Shown: positions 1-14,080, counted from the whole stretch's first letter. The stretch: 63,986 bases of DNA, filler included, from Reticulomyxa filosa (GCA_000512085.1; 21 parts of 21 records of this genome joined end to end with filler, not necessarily neighbours in it); one strand, 5' to 3'. Notes: generated by a model from the letters alone, not told the origin. Made by a program: numbers and translations.

Positions 1-1
1 G

Positions 2-1911
2 TCAAGTAATCAACTTTGTGTATTGAAAGGACATTCTGATGGAATACGTGGAGTACAGTTTTCACGTGATGGATCTAAACTTGTTTCATGCTCACGAGAT
101 GAAACTATTAGAGTATGGGATGTATTATCAGGTCAGCAAATTCAAATTTTAGAAGGACATTCATCAGATGTAAATGCTGCGCACTTTTCATTAGATTGTT
201 CTAAGATTGTGTCGTGTTCACAAGACAACACTGTTAAAATATGGGATGTAGCATCTGGAGAACAAGTTAAGTTATTAGATGGACATTTAGATTCTGTGAA
301 TACAGTGCAATTTTCACCAGACTATTCCAAAATTGTATCATGCTCAAACGATCAAAGCATACGGATATGGGATGCATCATCTGGGACACAGCTTCAATTA
401 TTAGAAGGACATTTAAATCATGTAGTTGGAGTACACTTTACACCCAATGGATTAAATATTATATCATATTCAAAAGATGCAACTATTCGAATATGGGATG
501 TAGTATCAGGTCAACAAATTCAAATATTAGAAGGACATAATGAAAATATAAATGGAGTTCAATTTTCACCAGATGCTTTAAAAATATTGTCATATTCAGA
601 GGATAATACTCTTCGATTATGGGATCTGTTGTCTGGAAAACAACTTCAAGTGTTAGAAGGGCATACAAACCGAGTGACGATAGCACGATTTTCATCTGAT
701 GGTTCTAAAATTATATCAGGTTCAGCTGATCATACAATCCGACTATGGGATGTGTCATCTGGAAAACAAATTCAAGTATTAGAAGGGCATTCAAGTACAA
801 TAACTGGTGTGGAATTTTTTTCAAATGAAAACAAAATTTTGTCATGCTCACTTGACAATACTATTCGTGTATGGGATATAGTTTTAGAAAAAAAAATTCA
901 GTTAACAGGAGGAGATTTGGGTATCATAATGGACGTAAAATTTTCTCCTGATGGTTCTAAAATTGTGTCACGTTCTAACGATAGGACTATTCGAGTATGG
1001 GACGTACAGTCAGGAAGACAAATTCAAGCGTTTGAAGGTAGTGGAGCGTTATTTTCATTAGATAGTTCCAAAGTCGTGTCATATTTAGGTGATGATACAA
1101 TTCGGATATGGGATATATTATCAGGAGAACAGACCCAACTATTAAAAGGACATTCTAATGCGGTGACTTGTGTACAATTTTTTTCAGATAATTCCAAGCT
1201 TGTATCAGGCTCGAGGGATGACACAATTCGAATATGGGATATACCATCAGGAAGACAGATCCAATTATTGCAGGGACATTCGGGTAGTGTAACAAGAGTA
1301 AAAATTTCACCGGATGAATCTAAAATTGTATCATGTTCATATGATGAAACAGTTCGAGTATGGGATGTTTCATCTGGAGGACAACTTTTATTATTAGGAG
1401 GTCATACAGATTATATAAATCGTGTACGCTTTTCTCCAGATGGTACTAAAATCATATCATGTTCAAATGATAAAACGATTCGAATATGGGACACATCATT
1501 TGAAGATCACATTTTATTGTTAGAAGGACATCAGAAGCGTGTAATAGACGCACGATTTTTTCCAGATAGTACTAAAATCGTATCTTGCTCAGCAGATAAT
1601 ACAATTCGAATTTGGGATATATTAACTGGGGAACAGATTAAAATATTAGAAGGTCATTTTGATTGGGTATTCGGAATAAAATTATCCACAGATGGTTCTA
1701 AAATTTTTTCGCGTTCGGAAGACAAGACTATTCGAATATGGGATGCATCTTCAGGAAAGCAGATTCAATTATTGGAAGGACATAATGGGGCTATTCGCAG
1801 CATTGACATATCATCTGATGGTTCAAAATTAATTTCATCTTCAACGGATAAAACAATTCGATTATGTGGTAGTGATAATGGTAAAATTATTGATGTAACT
1901 GAAAGGAATTC
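2..1911 (+). CDS. WD40-repeat protein with at least 15 highly similar tandem repeats (5'- and 3'-truncated by contig ends)
   Basis: Frame is open from position 2. Fifteen ~42-aa units of consensus LEGH...V..V.FSPDGSKIVSCS.D.TIRIWD..SG.QIQ. No introns. Confidence 0.96.
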
Positions 1912-2011
1912 NNNNNNNNNNNNNNNNNNNNNNNNNNNNNNNNNNNNNNNNNNNNTTAATTAATTAANNNNNNNNNNNNNNNNNNNNNNNNNNNNNNNNN
2001 NNNNNNNNNNN
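1912..2011. other. Artificial contig-joining spacer (N44-TTAATTAATTAA-N44), first of 20. Others start at 4550, 6005, 7766, 10159, 12596, 14153, 24400, 30726, 34873, 37296, 41167, 44296, 47629, 50532, 52116, 56360, 57947, 61111, 62887
   Basis: Same 100-nt structure each time. TTAATTAATTAA gives stop codons in all six frames. Genes are cut off at the spacers and base composition changes abruptly across them. Confidence 0.99.
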
Positions 2012-3781
2012 TTACAGCAATTACCAAACTGTATTTTGTCTTTGCTTCTATCTTGAAAGAAACACAATTTATAATCATTAAAACAGACCTAATTGAAACC
2101 ACGCCGGTAAAACGCGCTGTAATGAGTTATCAATATAATGTTCCGGCAATGTTCCGTTCTGGACAAGTTCCGGTTCCACATCACAAAGAACACAAAACAA
2201 AAACCCCCCATTTCTCTTGCAATTTAAGTACTGAGTTGTTGTTTTTTTTTGTGGTTTTATATACATATATGTATATGCATATATACATATACATATATAA
2301 TTTACCGTGACGCCATAAAGCAAGTAATATTGATCGTCTGCAGGAAAGCCGAAGCTTCCCAACCAATCGCAACCTCCTTTAATTGCCATTTCCGCGGCTT
2401 CAATATAGTTGTTTGCATAATGATGAGCCGAATAAATATTGCCAATGGCACCACAATCTTATATACATATATATGTGTACATATTTGTCCAACAGTATTT
2501 TTAAACAATACACAAAGCAAAAAACAAACAAAAAATTACCTGAGACAACATATCCATCCAATCCCCATTCATTCCTGGCGATTTCATTCAATAGTTCCGA
2601 ATTTGCACAATTGGGCACTCCTGCAATGGTGTACGTTATTATTATTATTTTTTTTTTATAAAAGAAAAAAATTTTTTTATAAAAAAAAAAAAAAAAGGGG
2701 GCTCACCATTGATGGCATTGTAAGAGCACATATAAGAGCGAACGCCTAATTACACGACAAACAAAAAAAAAGGGGGGGGGAGTGCATGATCGAAGAAATA
2801 TAAAGATTAATAACAATGTACCATTATGTGCATCAAAGTGCTTACCTGTGATTTTATTAATTTATTTGCATGTTTTTGAAATAAAAGAATTGACGCAAGC
2901 AAAAAAAAAAAAAAAAAGGAAAGAAAGATACATGTGCTAATGACTTCGTAGTATCCATTATCATTTTCGCCATTATAATTGGGATCAATTTGCAATCCTG
3001 TCACATATTGTTTTGCCAATTCGCTGATAAAAACGGATCTTCACCGTAACCTTCTTGACACCTTCCCCATCTTTTTATTTGTTTGTTTATTTATATACAT
3101 ACATATATACATGCATATACATATATATATATATATGCATGTATATATGTACATGCATATATGTACATATATACATATATACCGAGGGTCGCGACATATG
3201 TTGACCACAGGGGCCCAACAAACAAGACCAAAGCCATTGTTTGGCTGCCACCCTTTGGCAATCGCTTGGGCATGCTTTGCTCTCACTTCATCTGACACTG
3301 CTCGACTTACTTTGTACAGCATCTCGCGATCAAATGACTGCGCCATTATCGACGCTTGTGGAAACAATGTCGTTGGGAACTCTGCGAAGGTGGCATTGCT
3401 ATTTGGCCCGATCGCGCTTATGAATGTTCCATGTGTACATTCAGTATGTCCTTTTTTAAAAAAAATGTTTTCCCCCCCCCCTTCGAAGTTGTTTGTATCA
3501 TACGTTGGGACAGACGCAACACATAATCAAAAGACCAAATGCAATCCTACACTACCTAGAGTTGGCACTCCAAGTCGTGGAACTCCTCCTTGATCGCTTT
3601 GGGTCAGAGTCACTTTCTCTTCTAACGTTAACCGAGATATCAAGTCATTCACTCGCTCGCTTATTGGTAGATTGGGATTACAATATGGATAAGTATTTAG
3701 AGGATAATCTTGGCAAGTTTGACTACTTATTCCTTTGAAGATGAATAATGCAAGCACCACAACAGCATACATGTTCAACAT
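2012..3781 (-). CDS. Secreted GH3 beta-xylosidase/beta-glucosidase, multi-exon, 3' part missing
   Basis: Signal-peptide-like N-terminus, then YPYCNPNLPISERVNDLISRLTLEEKV, FPQASIMAQSFDRE, WAPVVNICRDPR|WGRCQEGYGEDP, KHFDAH and RNEWGLDGYVVS|DCGAI (nucleophile SDC motif split by a GT-AG intron). Confidence 0.92.
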
Positions 3782-3956
3782 TCTATTGAATTCTCAGTTT
3801 TTCGGGCCAGAGTGTCAAAGATAAAAGTTACTTTTGTTTTCCAAACAAATACATGTCCTAAATCTTACAACTTTTGGAGGAAGATAAATTTCTTTGTGAC
3901 GTCATGAAACCTTTGTTGTCTACACAACAAAATTAAAAGAAAGCGACTTAAATAGA

Positions 3957-4549
3957 ATGGCAAGTGAGACCATATTTCGATCAAACTTGTCATCTATAGA
4001 ATGTACGATAGTACAACAAGAACAAAACCACAGCCCACTAAACGAAATAAGCATTAATCCAAAAAAGAAAGAAAGAATTAATAGCACTCCTCCAAAGATC
4101 TTATTAGTTTCCGCAAAAAGACACGTAGAAGCTGATTCGTCTTCTCTAGTCGCAATCAGAGAAACAAAAACATTGGAAATTAGTCCACCCAAACGTTCGG
4201 CAGTGTTACCAGAGGAAATGACTGTTATCAAAGAAAGATCGTATGCAAGAAAACTTTTCTTTTAGTTTAATGTAATATTTCAAAGCTAACAAACATAACC
4301 AAAAACAAAAGTGATGAAACAACATTTGAAAAGCCATTCTCAGAGCAAGTGGGCCAGAGCATTATTATATCCAAAAGACAGCACCAAAGTTTTCGTTATT
4401 TGGCAGACAGAAGTATCGGCTCGTTGTCTGCGAACGGTGCTGAGTTGCCACAGATATCGCTTGATTCTAATGATAACAGTGGTAGTGAACAAAAAAATTC
4501 TGATGACCTTACCAAGCAAGAAAAAATAGAAGTAATCTTCAATTTTTTT
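3957..4549 (+). CDS. Hypothetical protein, 5' part, probably spliced; divergent from the GH3 gene
   Basis: ATG-started ORF 3957-4265 followed by a plausible second exon (~4340-4530). No recognisable motif. Confidence 0.35.
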
Positions 4550-5007
4550 NNNNNNNNNNNNNNNNNNNNNNNNNNNNNNNNNNNNNNNNNNNNTTAATTA
4601 ATTAANNNNNNNNNNNNNNNNNNNNNNNNNNNNNNNNNNNNNNNNNNNNACTTTCTTAAAACGTGTTTCTCCGCTCCGGGTTCTCTACAATATATAGTAT
4701 GAATTCACTACATCAGTGAATTTGCTAAGTGAATTGTTTGAAAGTCTTGTCACCTGGATTACGAAATATAACAAGATATAGAAAGCTTAAATGATAATAA
4801 AATTTTGAGCTAACTTAAGCTGTTTGTGATAAATGAATATTGTACTTTAGTTTTTTCGTTTGTTTCATGAAGGTGTAGCATAACAATAAATGTGGTTCTG
4901 TACACTAAAACAAGAAACAGTAACTTTTGCAAAGTGTCCTTCTTTTTCCAGTAAATTTCGTGTTACTTAAAAAAAAAAAAGATTATTGTACATTCAACTT
5001 TTTTCAA

Positions 5008-6001
5008 ATGCAAACAACTGATTCTTTACCAACCACCGCAGATACAGATGTGGAAATTGTTGGGCATCAAGCCACTTATGTGATGCAAACGCAAAAAACA
5101 GAAGGAAACTCTCCAACTCCCCAAGTGTACTACGAACTTAAACCCTATCACCCATTCCGTCAAAGAGTGACATTGTTGCTCTTGTTGTGTATAATGTGTT
5201 TTATTGAATCGATTGTGGGCATGCGTTGCGCCTCAGAACTAGGAAAGTTTTTGAATCACCATGAAGACGAATGCAGTAGCACCTCTGATGTGAATGGTAC
5301 CGTGACTGATGATAATTTTTCTAAAGTATACCGGGTCACCAAGTTTTGTGTTTTTCCCCCCAAGTAATTGTGTGTATTTGAACAGGAAGATGGGGGGGGG
5401 GGAACAAGAGTTATTTTTTTGTCTGCAAGACTACCTCATTACGTATACGTTTTTGTTTGATCGATGTTGTGTTTTTTTTTTTCTCATTAAAAAAAAAAAA
5501 AAAAGAGATACAACACATAACTTGCTGATGATATCGGTGATATTATTTTTTGTGTCATTGGCGGGTGCGCTGACGTGGTATTTCTTCCGAAGAAAAATAA
5601 CAAGTGTAAAATGTCGATCGATGGGAGAATTGAATCAAACATTTGGCAGCAAAGGCTACTTGCGATATACCACGGCGATATTTTTGGGGATGTGCGGAAT
5701 TTATTTGGTGTTTTGGGTAATCGCGCTGGTGCTATTGTTGCTTGTTAGCGACCCAACCTTCCCCAATCATTGCACGTCCTCGTTCACCAAAGGCTCGGTC
5801 TTTGTGACCAGTCGTCTTATCCTTGGGTGGATTGTCTATCCAGTCATTGTCATCATTGTTGTACTCTTCATTGCCTTTGCATGTATAACTCGATGCTGCT
5901 GTCTTTGTGTTCGTAGTATCACTGATCACAGTGGAAATATTGCCTATGAGTGTTATTGCAGTGAAATGTGTGGGTGTAATATTTGTTTTGTTCTGTGTTA
6001 A
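5008..6001 (+). CDS. Multi-pass membrane protein (about 4 TM helices) with Cys-rich C-terminus, at least one intron
   Basis: Hydrophobic segments VTLLLLLCIMCFIESIVG, LLMISVILFFVSLAGALTWYFF, IFLGMCGIYLVFWVIALVLLLLV and LILGWIVYPVIVIIVVLFIAFAC, then CCCLC...ECYCSEMCGCNICFVLC. A homopolymer-rich intron lies at ~5330-5505. Confidence 0.6.
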
Positions 6002-6104
6002 CACNNNNNNNNNNNNNNNNNNNNNNNNNNNNNNNNNNNNNNNNNNNNTTAATTAATTAANNNNNNNNNNNNNNNNNNNNNNNNNNNNNNNNNNNNNNNN
6101 NNNN

Positions 6105-6142
<38 letters not shown>

Positions 6143-6144
<2 letters not shown>

Positions 6145-7368
6145 AATATTTCGTGCGAAATTTTCCTCAATAACAGGCCCGGAAATTCGCAAGGCATTTG
6201 AGAAGATGGGCAAGCCGAACAAGAACTGGAGCGACTCGGTGGAGGCGAGGAAGATATTGGATTTGAAGATTGGCGTGGCGTTTACGCGATTTCAAACGCG
6301 TTACTTTATCGAAAAGTACGGACAGATAAACCAGCGTTCGTTGGTGAGCTATGGTCCCTGTCAGACGCCGACGTTGGGTTTTTGCGTGCGCAGGAACGAC
6401 GAGCGCGACTGGTTTAAGCCGGAGACGTATTGGACGATCTTCGTGACGATCCAGCAGCCGACATGGGAGTCTGCATTGCGTCTGCGTTGGAATCGCGGTC
6501 ATTTATTTAACAACCAAGTGGTCACCATGTTTTATAACACGTTGAAAGAGCGCAGCACGATTACGTGCATATCGATAAAAAAACAAAAGACCACTCGAAA
6601 GAAGCCTTTGGCATTGAACACAGTGTCGCTATTGCAAAGTGCGTCCAAAGGTCTTCACATTGGTCCCAAAGAGACCATGCGATTGGCTGAACACTTATAC
6701 TTGAGTGGCTTCATTAGCTATCCTCGTACTGAAACTACCACGTATCCCAAAGGCTTTGATTTCAATGGCACGATTAGAGCTTTATCTCATGACTCCAGCT
6801 GGGGCTATTATGCTCAGCGCCTATCGCAAGAGGGATTATCCCCACCGCGCAAAGGCGCAGATGCTGGGGATCATCCTCCCATCACACCCGTCTCGTATCC
6901 TACGCGAGAACTGCACGGCAACGAACGACGTCTGTACGAGTTTATCGTGAAACACTTTTTGGCCACGTTATCTCCCGATTGCGAAATGGAAGAGACGTCA
7001 GCCGAGTTTGAGATCAACAATGAGCGCTTCTATGCCAATGGGTCGCACGTGCTCAGCTGGGGGTTCATGGACATTGCCACGTGGCATAAAGTGGACGAAC
7101 ACAACTTCCCGAGCATTGTCGTCAACTCCACACTGCCCGTCCACAAGGTGTGGATGGAAAGCGGAAGCACACAGCCCCCTTCGTTCCTCACCGAGTCCGA
7201 TCTTATCGCACTCATGGAAAAACATGGCATCGGCACAGACGCAAGCATCCCACAGCATATTGGTAACATCGAAGAAAGGGAGTACGCTAGGGTTGAACAT
7301 GAGAGTCGAGTACTCAAGCCTTCTCGATTAGGTTATATATATATATATATATATATGTATATGTAATA

Positions 7369-7407
<39 letters not shown>

Positions 7408-7678
7408 CATGTGTTATTAATTAATAAGGAATACTGCTCGCTCATGGATATCACAAAATCGATCCCGAACTCGTGCTTCCCGAACTAAGGGCTTACATGG
7501 AGCGCAGCGTGAATTTAATCGCCCAAGGGGAAGCGCAAATGGATGTGGTAATCGAACACTGCTTGAAAATCTTTTTTGCCAAGTATCAATACTTTATCCG
7601 CAAATTTGACAAAATGGACAGAATGTTCCAGCAATTTTATGACAGTCCCAAAATGGAAGGTGGAAAGCCTTTCACCAA
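6143..7678 (+). CDS. TOP3B: DNA topoisomerase III beta (type IA), internal fragment; intron 7332-7428
   Basis: LDLKIGVAFTRFQT, SYGPCQTPTLGFCV, catalytic ISYPRTET, DAGDHPPITP, LMEKHGIGTDASIPQHI. Splicing restores PSRL-G-ILLAHGYHKIDPELVLPELR. Confidence 0.95.
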
Positions 7679-8481
7679 GTTTTGCTTTTTTTCTCTCTCT
7701 CTTTCTTTCTTTATCCTGCTCCATATTTTCAATTCATTCATTCATTTATTAATTGATACAAAAAANNNNNNNNNNNNNNNNNNNNNNNNNNNNNNNNNNN
7801 NNNNNNNNNTTAATTAATTAANNNNNNNNNNNNNNNNNNNNNNNNNNNNNNNNNNNNNNNNNNNNAATTAAATGCTTATTTGCACAAGCGAACTTTGAGT
7901 GTTAAGAAAAAAAGGAGAATAAGCAAAGAAATAAAACTCATTTTTACAATGTCACGAAGATCCAAACGTCCTAGATTATCTCTGAAGGACCAAGGAGTCT
8001 TAGAAGAATCTGATCATATTCTTCCATCATTGTGATATTTTGCTACATCTTCAAAAGGAAAAAATTGCCTTATTTCAGATGAATAATAGCCAAATAGTAC
8101 TCAAGCGAATGGGCTATATTGTCAAAGGTAACAATGGCATTGCTGGCCGATAAAGGCTAGTTGCTTGGAAGTGTTGTTTGATACCATTAAAAATGTCATC
8201 CAAACAAGATGTAGGTGTTTTTAGTTTGTCAAACAATGTGAAAAGCAAAATTTATTTTCGTAGTAAAAGTAGCACGAGAAGGTTGGGGTCTAAAGAAATG
8301 AGCAAGAAAACCTATAAGAAAAAATTAAAAAGGAAAACCAACTAAATTTTCAAGCTTCAAAAAACAAACAGGGACCACACACAAAACAGCTGAAAACGGA
8401 AAATAATTGAAACCCTTCTTTTCGTAAATTTGTTCCGTTTCTTTGTTTTTTTTTTTCCCTTCTCCCTCTGCCTCTCTCTTG

Positions 8482-9594
<1,113 letters not shown>

Positions 9595-10258
9595 GTCGAA
9601 TCCCAGTTAAACAAATAACTTTTTTGATATATTGACAGACCAAATGTTTAAAAAAAAATTTGCCCTTGAAAAGTAAATCAGCAATTTTATCGTTAAAAGA
9701 ATGTCTTGATTGTTTGACGGTTTTTCAATGCTTATAATTTATTTTTTATTTTAAACATTGACTGTATGAACATTATAACGTTACAATAATTTTTTTTAAA
9801 ATGGTAAACAAAATTTTTATGATTTATTGAAATGAGTTTGAAAAATCATTAAAAAAATGCTAGAGAACGCACAACAATTAATATTTTTATTTCAAGGATA
9901 ATCAATTGATTGTCGTTTTTTTTTTGCATTAAAAAAACTAAATCTTTTCATGATCACAATTCAACAGGACACATGCTATACTGACTTTTCAAATAAGAAC
10001 CTGATTTGTATTAATCAGTAAAAAAAATGGTAGAATGATGATATGAAAAGTCTTCCAAAGTGTAATAAACGGGGTTGTGGCAGCCAAAAGTCACAATCAA
10101 TGGAGCACGCAAAGACATTTATGAACAATAAGTGAAAGTTTATTTTGTTTTGTTTTTTNNNNNNNNNNNNNNNNNNNNNNNNNNNNNNNNNNNNNNNNNN
10201 NNTTAATTAATTAANNNNNNNNNNNNNNNNNNNNNNNNNNNNNNNNNNNNNNNNNNNN

Positions 10259-11187
10259 ATGGATTGAATGGCGACACTAGGAATTGCAATCGGAGTTGGC
10301 GGTACGATGATTTGCATATTACTGATTTGGACATGCTGGTGGATCATTGCGAAAAAAAAGTGCTATGGGCTTGGCAAACGTAAAGAACCAGAAAGAGAAG
10401 AAGAGAAAGGAGATGATGATACGATAAATGTGATCAGAAAGGAGAAACAAAAAACTCCCAAAGCAACGCCGATAAACACGGCCATAAGCGATGACGTGCG
10501 GAACACATACGTGTTTTCACGTCCTCCAAAATTGCGCTTTGCGCCGCCGTCGCAAAGTAGCAGTGTCGCCACTCCCAATGACGCCGCCTTACGTCACGTC
10601 TATTCTCCAGCCTCCTTGGCGTCCCAAAGTGAGGCGAAAGCCAAACAACTCACTCCTGATAACTCTCGGATTGCCAATCGGTTCGGAATTTCCAGTTACT
10701 GGTTTTTTTTTTTTGATTGGTTTGAGAGACATACAATGAGCGGAATACTAACAAAAGAGAGGAAAGGGTTTGTTTTTTTTTTTGACATAAAAAAAAAAAC
10801 AACGCTTGAAAAGGCGCAGACGAAAGGAAAAAACTATCCGTGAGCCTGGCGATAAAAGGAGGGAGGAATGAGCGAAAAAGGCTCTCTGCGTCGATGACCA
10901 ATGACAGCTCGAAAAGCAACAATGTATTGATTGAAGACAGACAAAAGGATGACGTGGCAAATAGATTTGCATTTGACTTGCCACCACTCCAGCAAACCCA
11001 TCACGATTCTTCACCCAGTATCTCTTTCACTGACCGTGATCAGGATCAGGATGATAACGATGATGATATTGTCTCAGGTATCAATATATGCATATACATA
11101 CGTAATATGCATATATTATGTATATATGTATATATTTATAAATGTATATGTATATAATGCTTACTTTATTTATTTACAAGACAAACA

Positions 11188-11240
<53 letters not shown>

Positions 11241-11768
11241 TATATGTACATATGTGTATATATACATATATATTTATTATTATTATTATTATTGTTTTTG
11301 TTATAATTATAAATGATAACAATAGATAATAAAAAGCAAAAAGAACCTGATTCCTCTTTAGTTGCAAATGAAATAAAAATTCCCATTCCTTACTTTGATT
11401 ATGCCGTCTCTTCTGACAACCAAGCGACTCCAAATGATCCACTTCCGCTTCCGCTCTTGCTTCCGCTTCCAGAGAAAGTTGTTGGGGTCTCACCTGTTGC
11501 CGCCCACTCCAAACTTTATCCGCAGCACGAACAGCCGCTCCCTTCTCTTCCGCTTCATTTTGAAAAGGGGCACGCTGAGCAACAGGCAAAGAAAAAGAAA
11601 AAGAAAGAGATGAAAGAAAAAAAAGAACAACACGGCGATGAGTTTCTTGCACACATTTCTGAGTCCACTTCTTTTCGTCATTTCGATGAATTAAGTCCAG
11701 AGGGTCAAAACTTCGTAGTTCTTAAAAAAAAAAAAAAACTCAATCATTTTTTCCCAATAATTTCTTAG
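10259..11768 (+). CDS. Single-pass membrane protein with a disordered Pro/Ser/acidic tail, spliced (introns ~10695-10812 and 11078-11325), 5'-truncated
   Basis: TM segment LGIAIGVGGTMICILLIWTCWWII followed by a basic stop-transfer. Three ORFs join in frame through phase-1 GT-AG introns. Confidence 0.6.
11218..11293. repeat. Perfect 31-bp inverted repeat (14-nt loop) built from (AAT)n/(TA)n inside an intron
   Basis: 11218-11248 aataataataataataataaatatatatgta is the exact reverse complement of 11263-11293. Confidence 0.9.
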
Positions 11769-12695
11769 CAAAGGGTCTTGAATTACTTTTTTTTTTTCCT
11801 AATTTTTTTTTGGGAACATATGTAAACATAATCCCTCGCTTTCTTTTTTTTTTTAAACCTTTTTTTTTTGAGGTCATTTATGACTGTTGTCAAGTTGGAA
11901 TAAAAATTTTTTAAAAAATTATAATGTTTATTTTATGTGGTTTGCACACTTTGGTATATTTAACTTTTTTTCTTTTTTTTTGTGCAATTTTTTATTTTCA
12001 GTTCTCTTTGGTTTACTATGTATATGTTTTTCAAGTTGGATTTTTTTTTTGTGTATGGACGTGTGTCTTCAGTTTAACTTTCAGATTTTACTTACTTTTG
12101 GATGTTTTTGTCCTTTTTTACCTTCTTTTCTTTCAATTTAGTTTATTTTAAAGGATTGCACATACTTACTGAATAGAACATAGGCATGAATACTTTGTTC
12201 TAGATGAGAATTAGTAAAGTATTATAAGTTTTCAATTAATACAACTAGTTGTTAAATAAAAAATCGATTATGTTTTTACAAAGAAACATGGACATCACTC
12301 AGATTAAATGAGTGTATTTAATCATTAAGCAAAACATAACAATTTGATGGGCACCAAACAATGGCATTTAAAGATAGCTGACACTTTATTGATCCTTAAC
12401 AACATATAGTATGTTGCAAAGAAAACTGAACGCCTAAAACATATCTTATGATGATAATTGATTTTCTAAATGAAAAATCAACATTTAGACCTAATTTTTT
12501 TTTAAAAAAATATCTACAAGTCTTGTAGTTTTTAAATATGATATTGATTTTTTAATAACTTTTTTTTTTGTTGGATGAAATCAACATTCTTTCAANNNNN
12601 NNNNNNNNNNNNNNNNNNNNNNNNNNNNNNNNNNNNNNNTTAATTAATTAANNNNNNNNNNNNNNNNNNNNNNNNNNNNNNNNNNNNNNNNNNNN

Positions 12696-13108
12696 GTTTG
12701 ATTAATAGTGTAAAATATGGATCAAATGAATTTTCAAATACAATATTATCTGGATCAGAAGATAATAGTGTTCGTTTGTGGGATATTCGATCTGGTAAAC
12801 AAATTCAAGTGTTCAATGGACATAAATATGGAGTATTTGCTGTTGAATATTCACCATTTGCGATAAAGAATAATATTGGTAATTCAAATACGATATGTTC
12901 TGGATCAAATGATAATACAATTCGTTTTTGGGATACTCGATCAAATAAGAATGAGCTTTATATTATTAAAGGAGATGATAAAGAAGATGATGGAATATAT
13001 TGTCTTAAGTTTATTGTATTGAAAAATAAAGATAAGACAAAGAATGTCAATTATAACTTGAATTTATTTTATGGTTCAGGCAAAGGTCCCATTCGTATTT
13101 GGGGATAA
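12696..13108 (+). CDS. C-terminal fragment of an expanded WD40 family (VKYGSNE...NTILSGS / EYSPF / LNL.YGS.KG.IRIWG type)
   Basis: WD40 motifs; closely similar to the copies at 24500-24930, 27163-27800, 50371-50531 and 53230-54272. Confidence 0.9.
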
Positions 13109-13959
13109 TTTACTTTTTTGTTAAACAAGAAACGAAAGTGTTTTCGTTTGAAAATTTTAATTAAAAAAAATTAAGTTGACATTAAACTTGTTTGATTTGA
13201 TCGAATGCAAGCATTGAAAGATTTGTTCTATATTTCTTTGTTGTTTAAAAAAGTTGAATAAGCTGTGTTTAATGTTTTTTAAAGAACTCAAAGGCATAAT
13301 AAATGAAAATTGTATTTAAATGTCAAAATAAATTGTAAGATATTGTGTAGTATCAAACACTCAAAACAGGATAAAGTGAAAAGGACAACAGTACGCATTA
13401 TCAAAAATAATATTTTCTCCTGAAGTATGACATGAATGATCAGTAATTCAAAAAAATGCAATTAAATAAAAATATCTTGTAGTATCTCTGGAAAAGTTCA
13501 TCTTAAGATACCTCTCTAAGCTGTAACTGTATGCAAAGCGAATGTATTCTTCATAATATCATACTACGTTTGAGGAACAACAATTTCAATCTGGTGAGCA
13601 AGTGATTGTCTTGGATATGATTACATTGAATACAATAATTAATGGATTTACAAAAAGAAGATATTTCAAATAAGTATTAAACTATCTTTATGTAATGATT
13701 GTTTGAAGAACAAATGATATGATGGAAATATTAAATTGTTCACAGAAATAAAAAAATTTATTCCAATAGATGAAATAACATGCAAAGCAATTATATCAAA
13801 TTTTTAAAAGCAAACAAATTGCATAAAATTAAGTTCCAAAATTAGGTTTAAACGACAATATTAAAGAAATGATACCATTGAAAATAAATATGTTGAAAAA
13901 ATATTATTCTAAGAATCCGTTTACATTCATTCCCTTACATATTTGAAAAAATACAGTAT

Positions 13960-14080
13960 AATGCAAAGTAAAATTGACACATAAAACGGCATCTTATAGA
14001 GATGATTGATTTTCTTCATGAAAAAACAATTAATTTTTTTAAAAAAAATATCTACAAATCGTGTAGTTTTTAAATATCAT
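13960..14080 (+). repeat. Interspersed non-coding repeat; copies at 51741-51835, 12435-12545 (diverged) and 52098-52115 (partial)
   Basis: 13960-14029 and 51741-51810 match over 70 nt with 2 mismatches. The downstream part (atatctaca...tgtagtttttaaatat) is shared with ~12508-12540. Confidence 0.85.
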
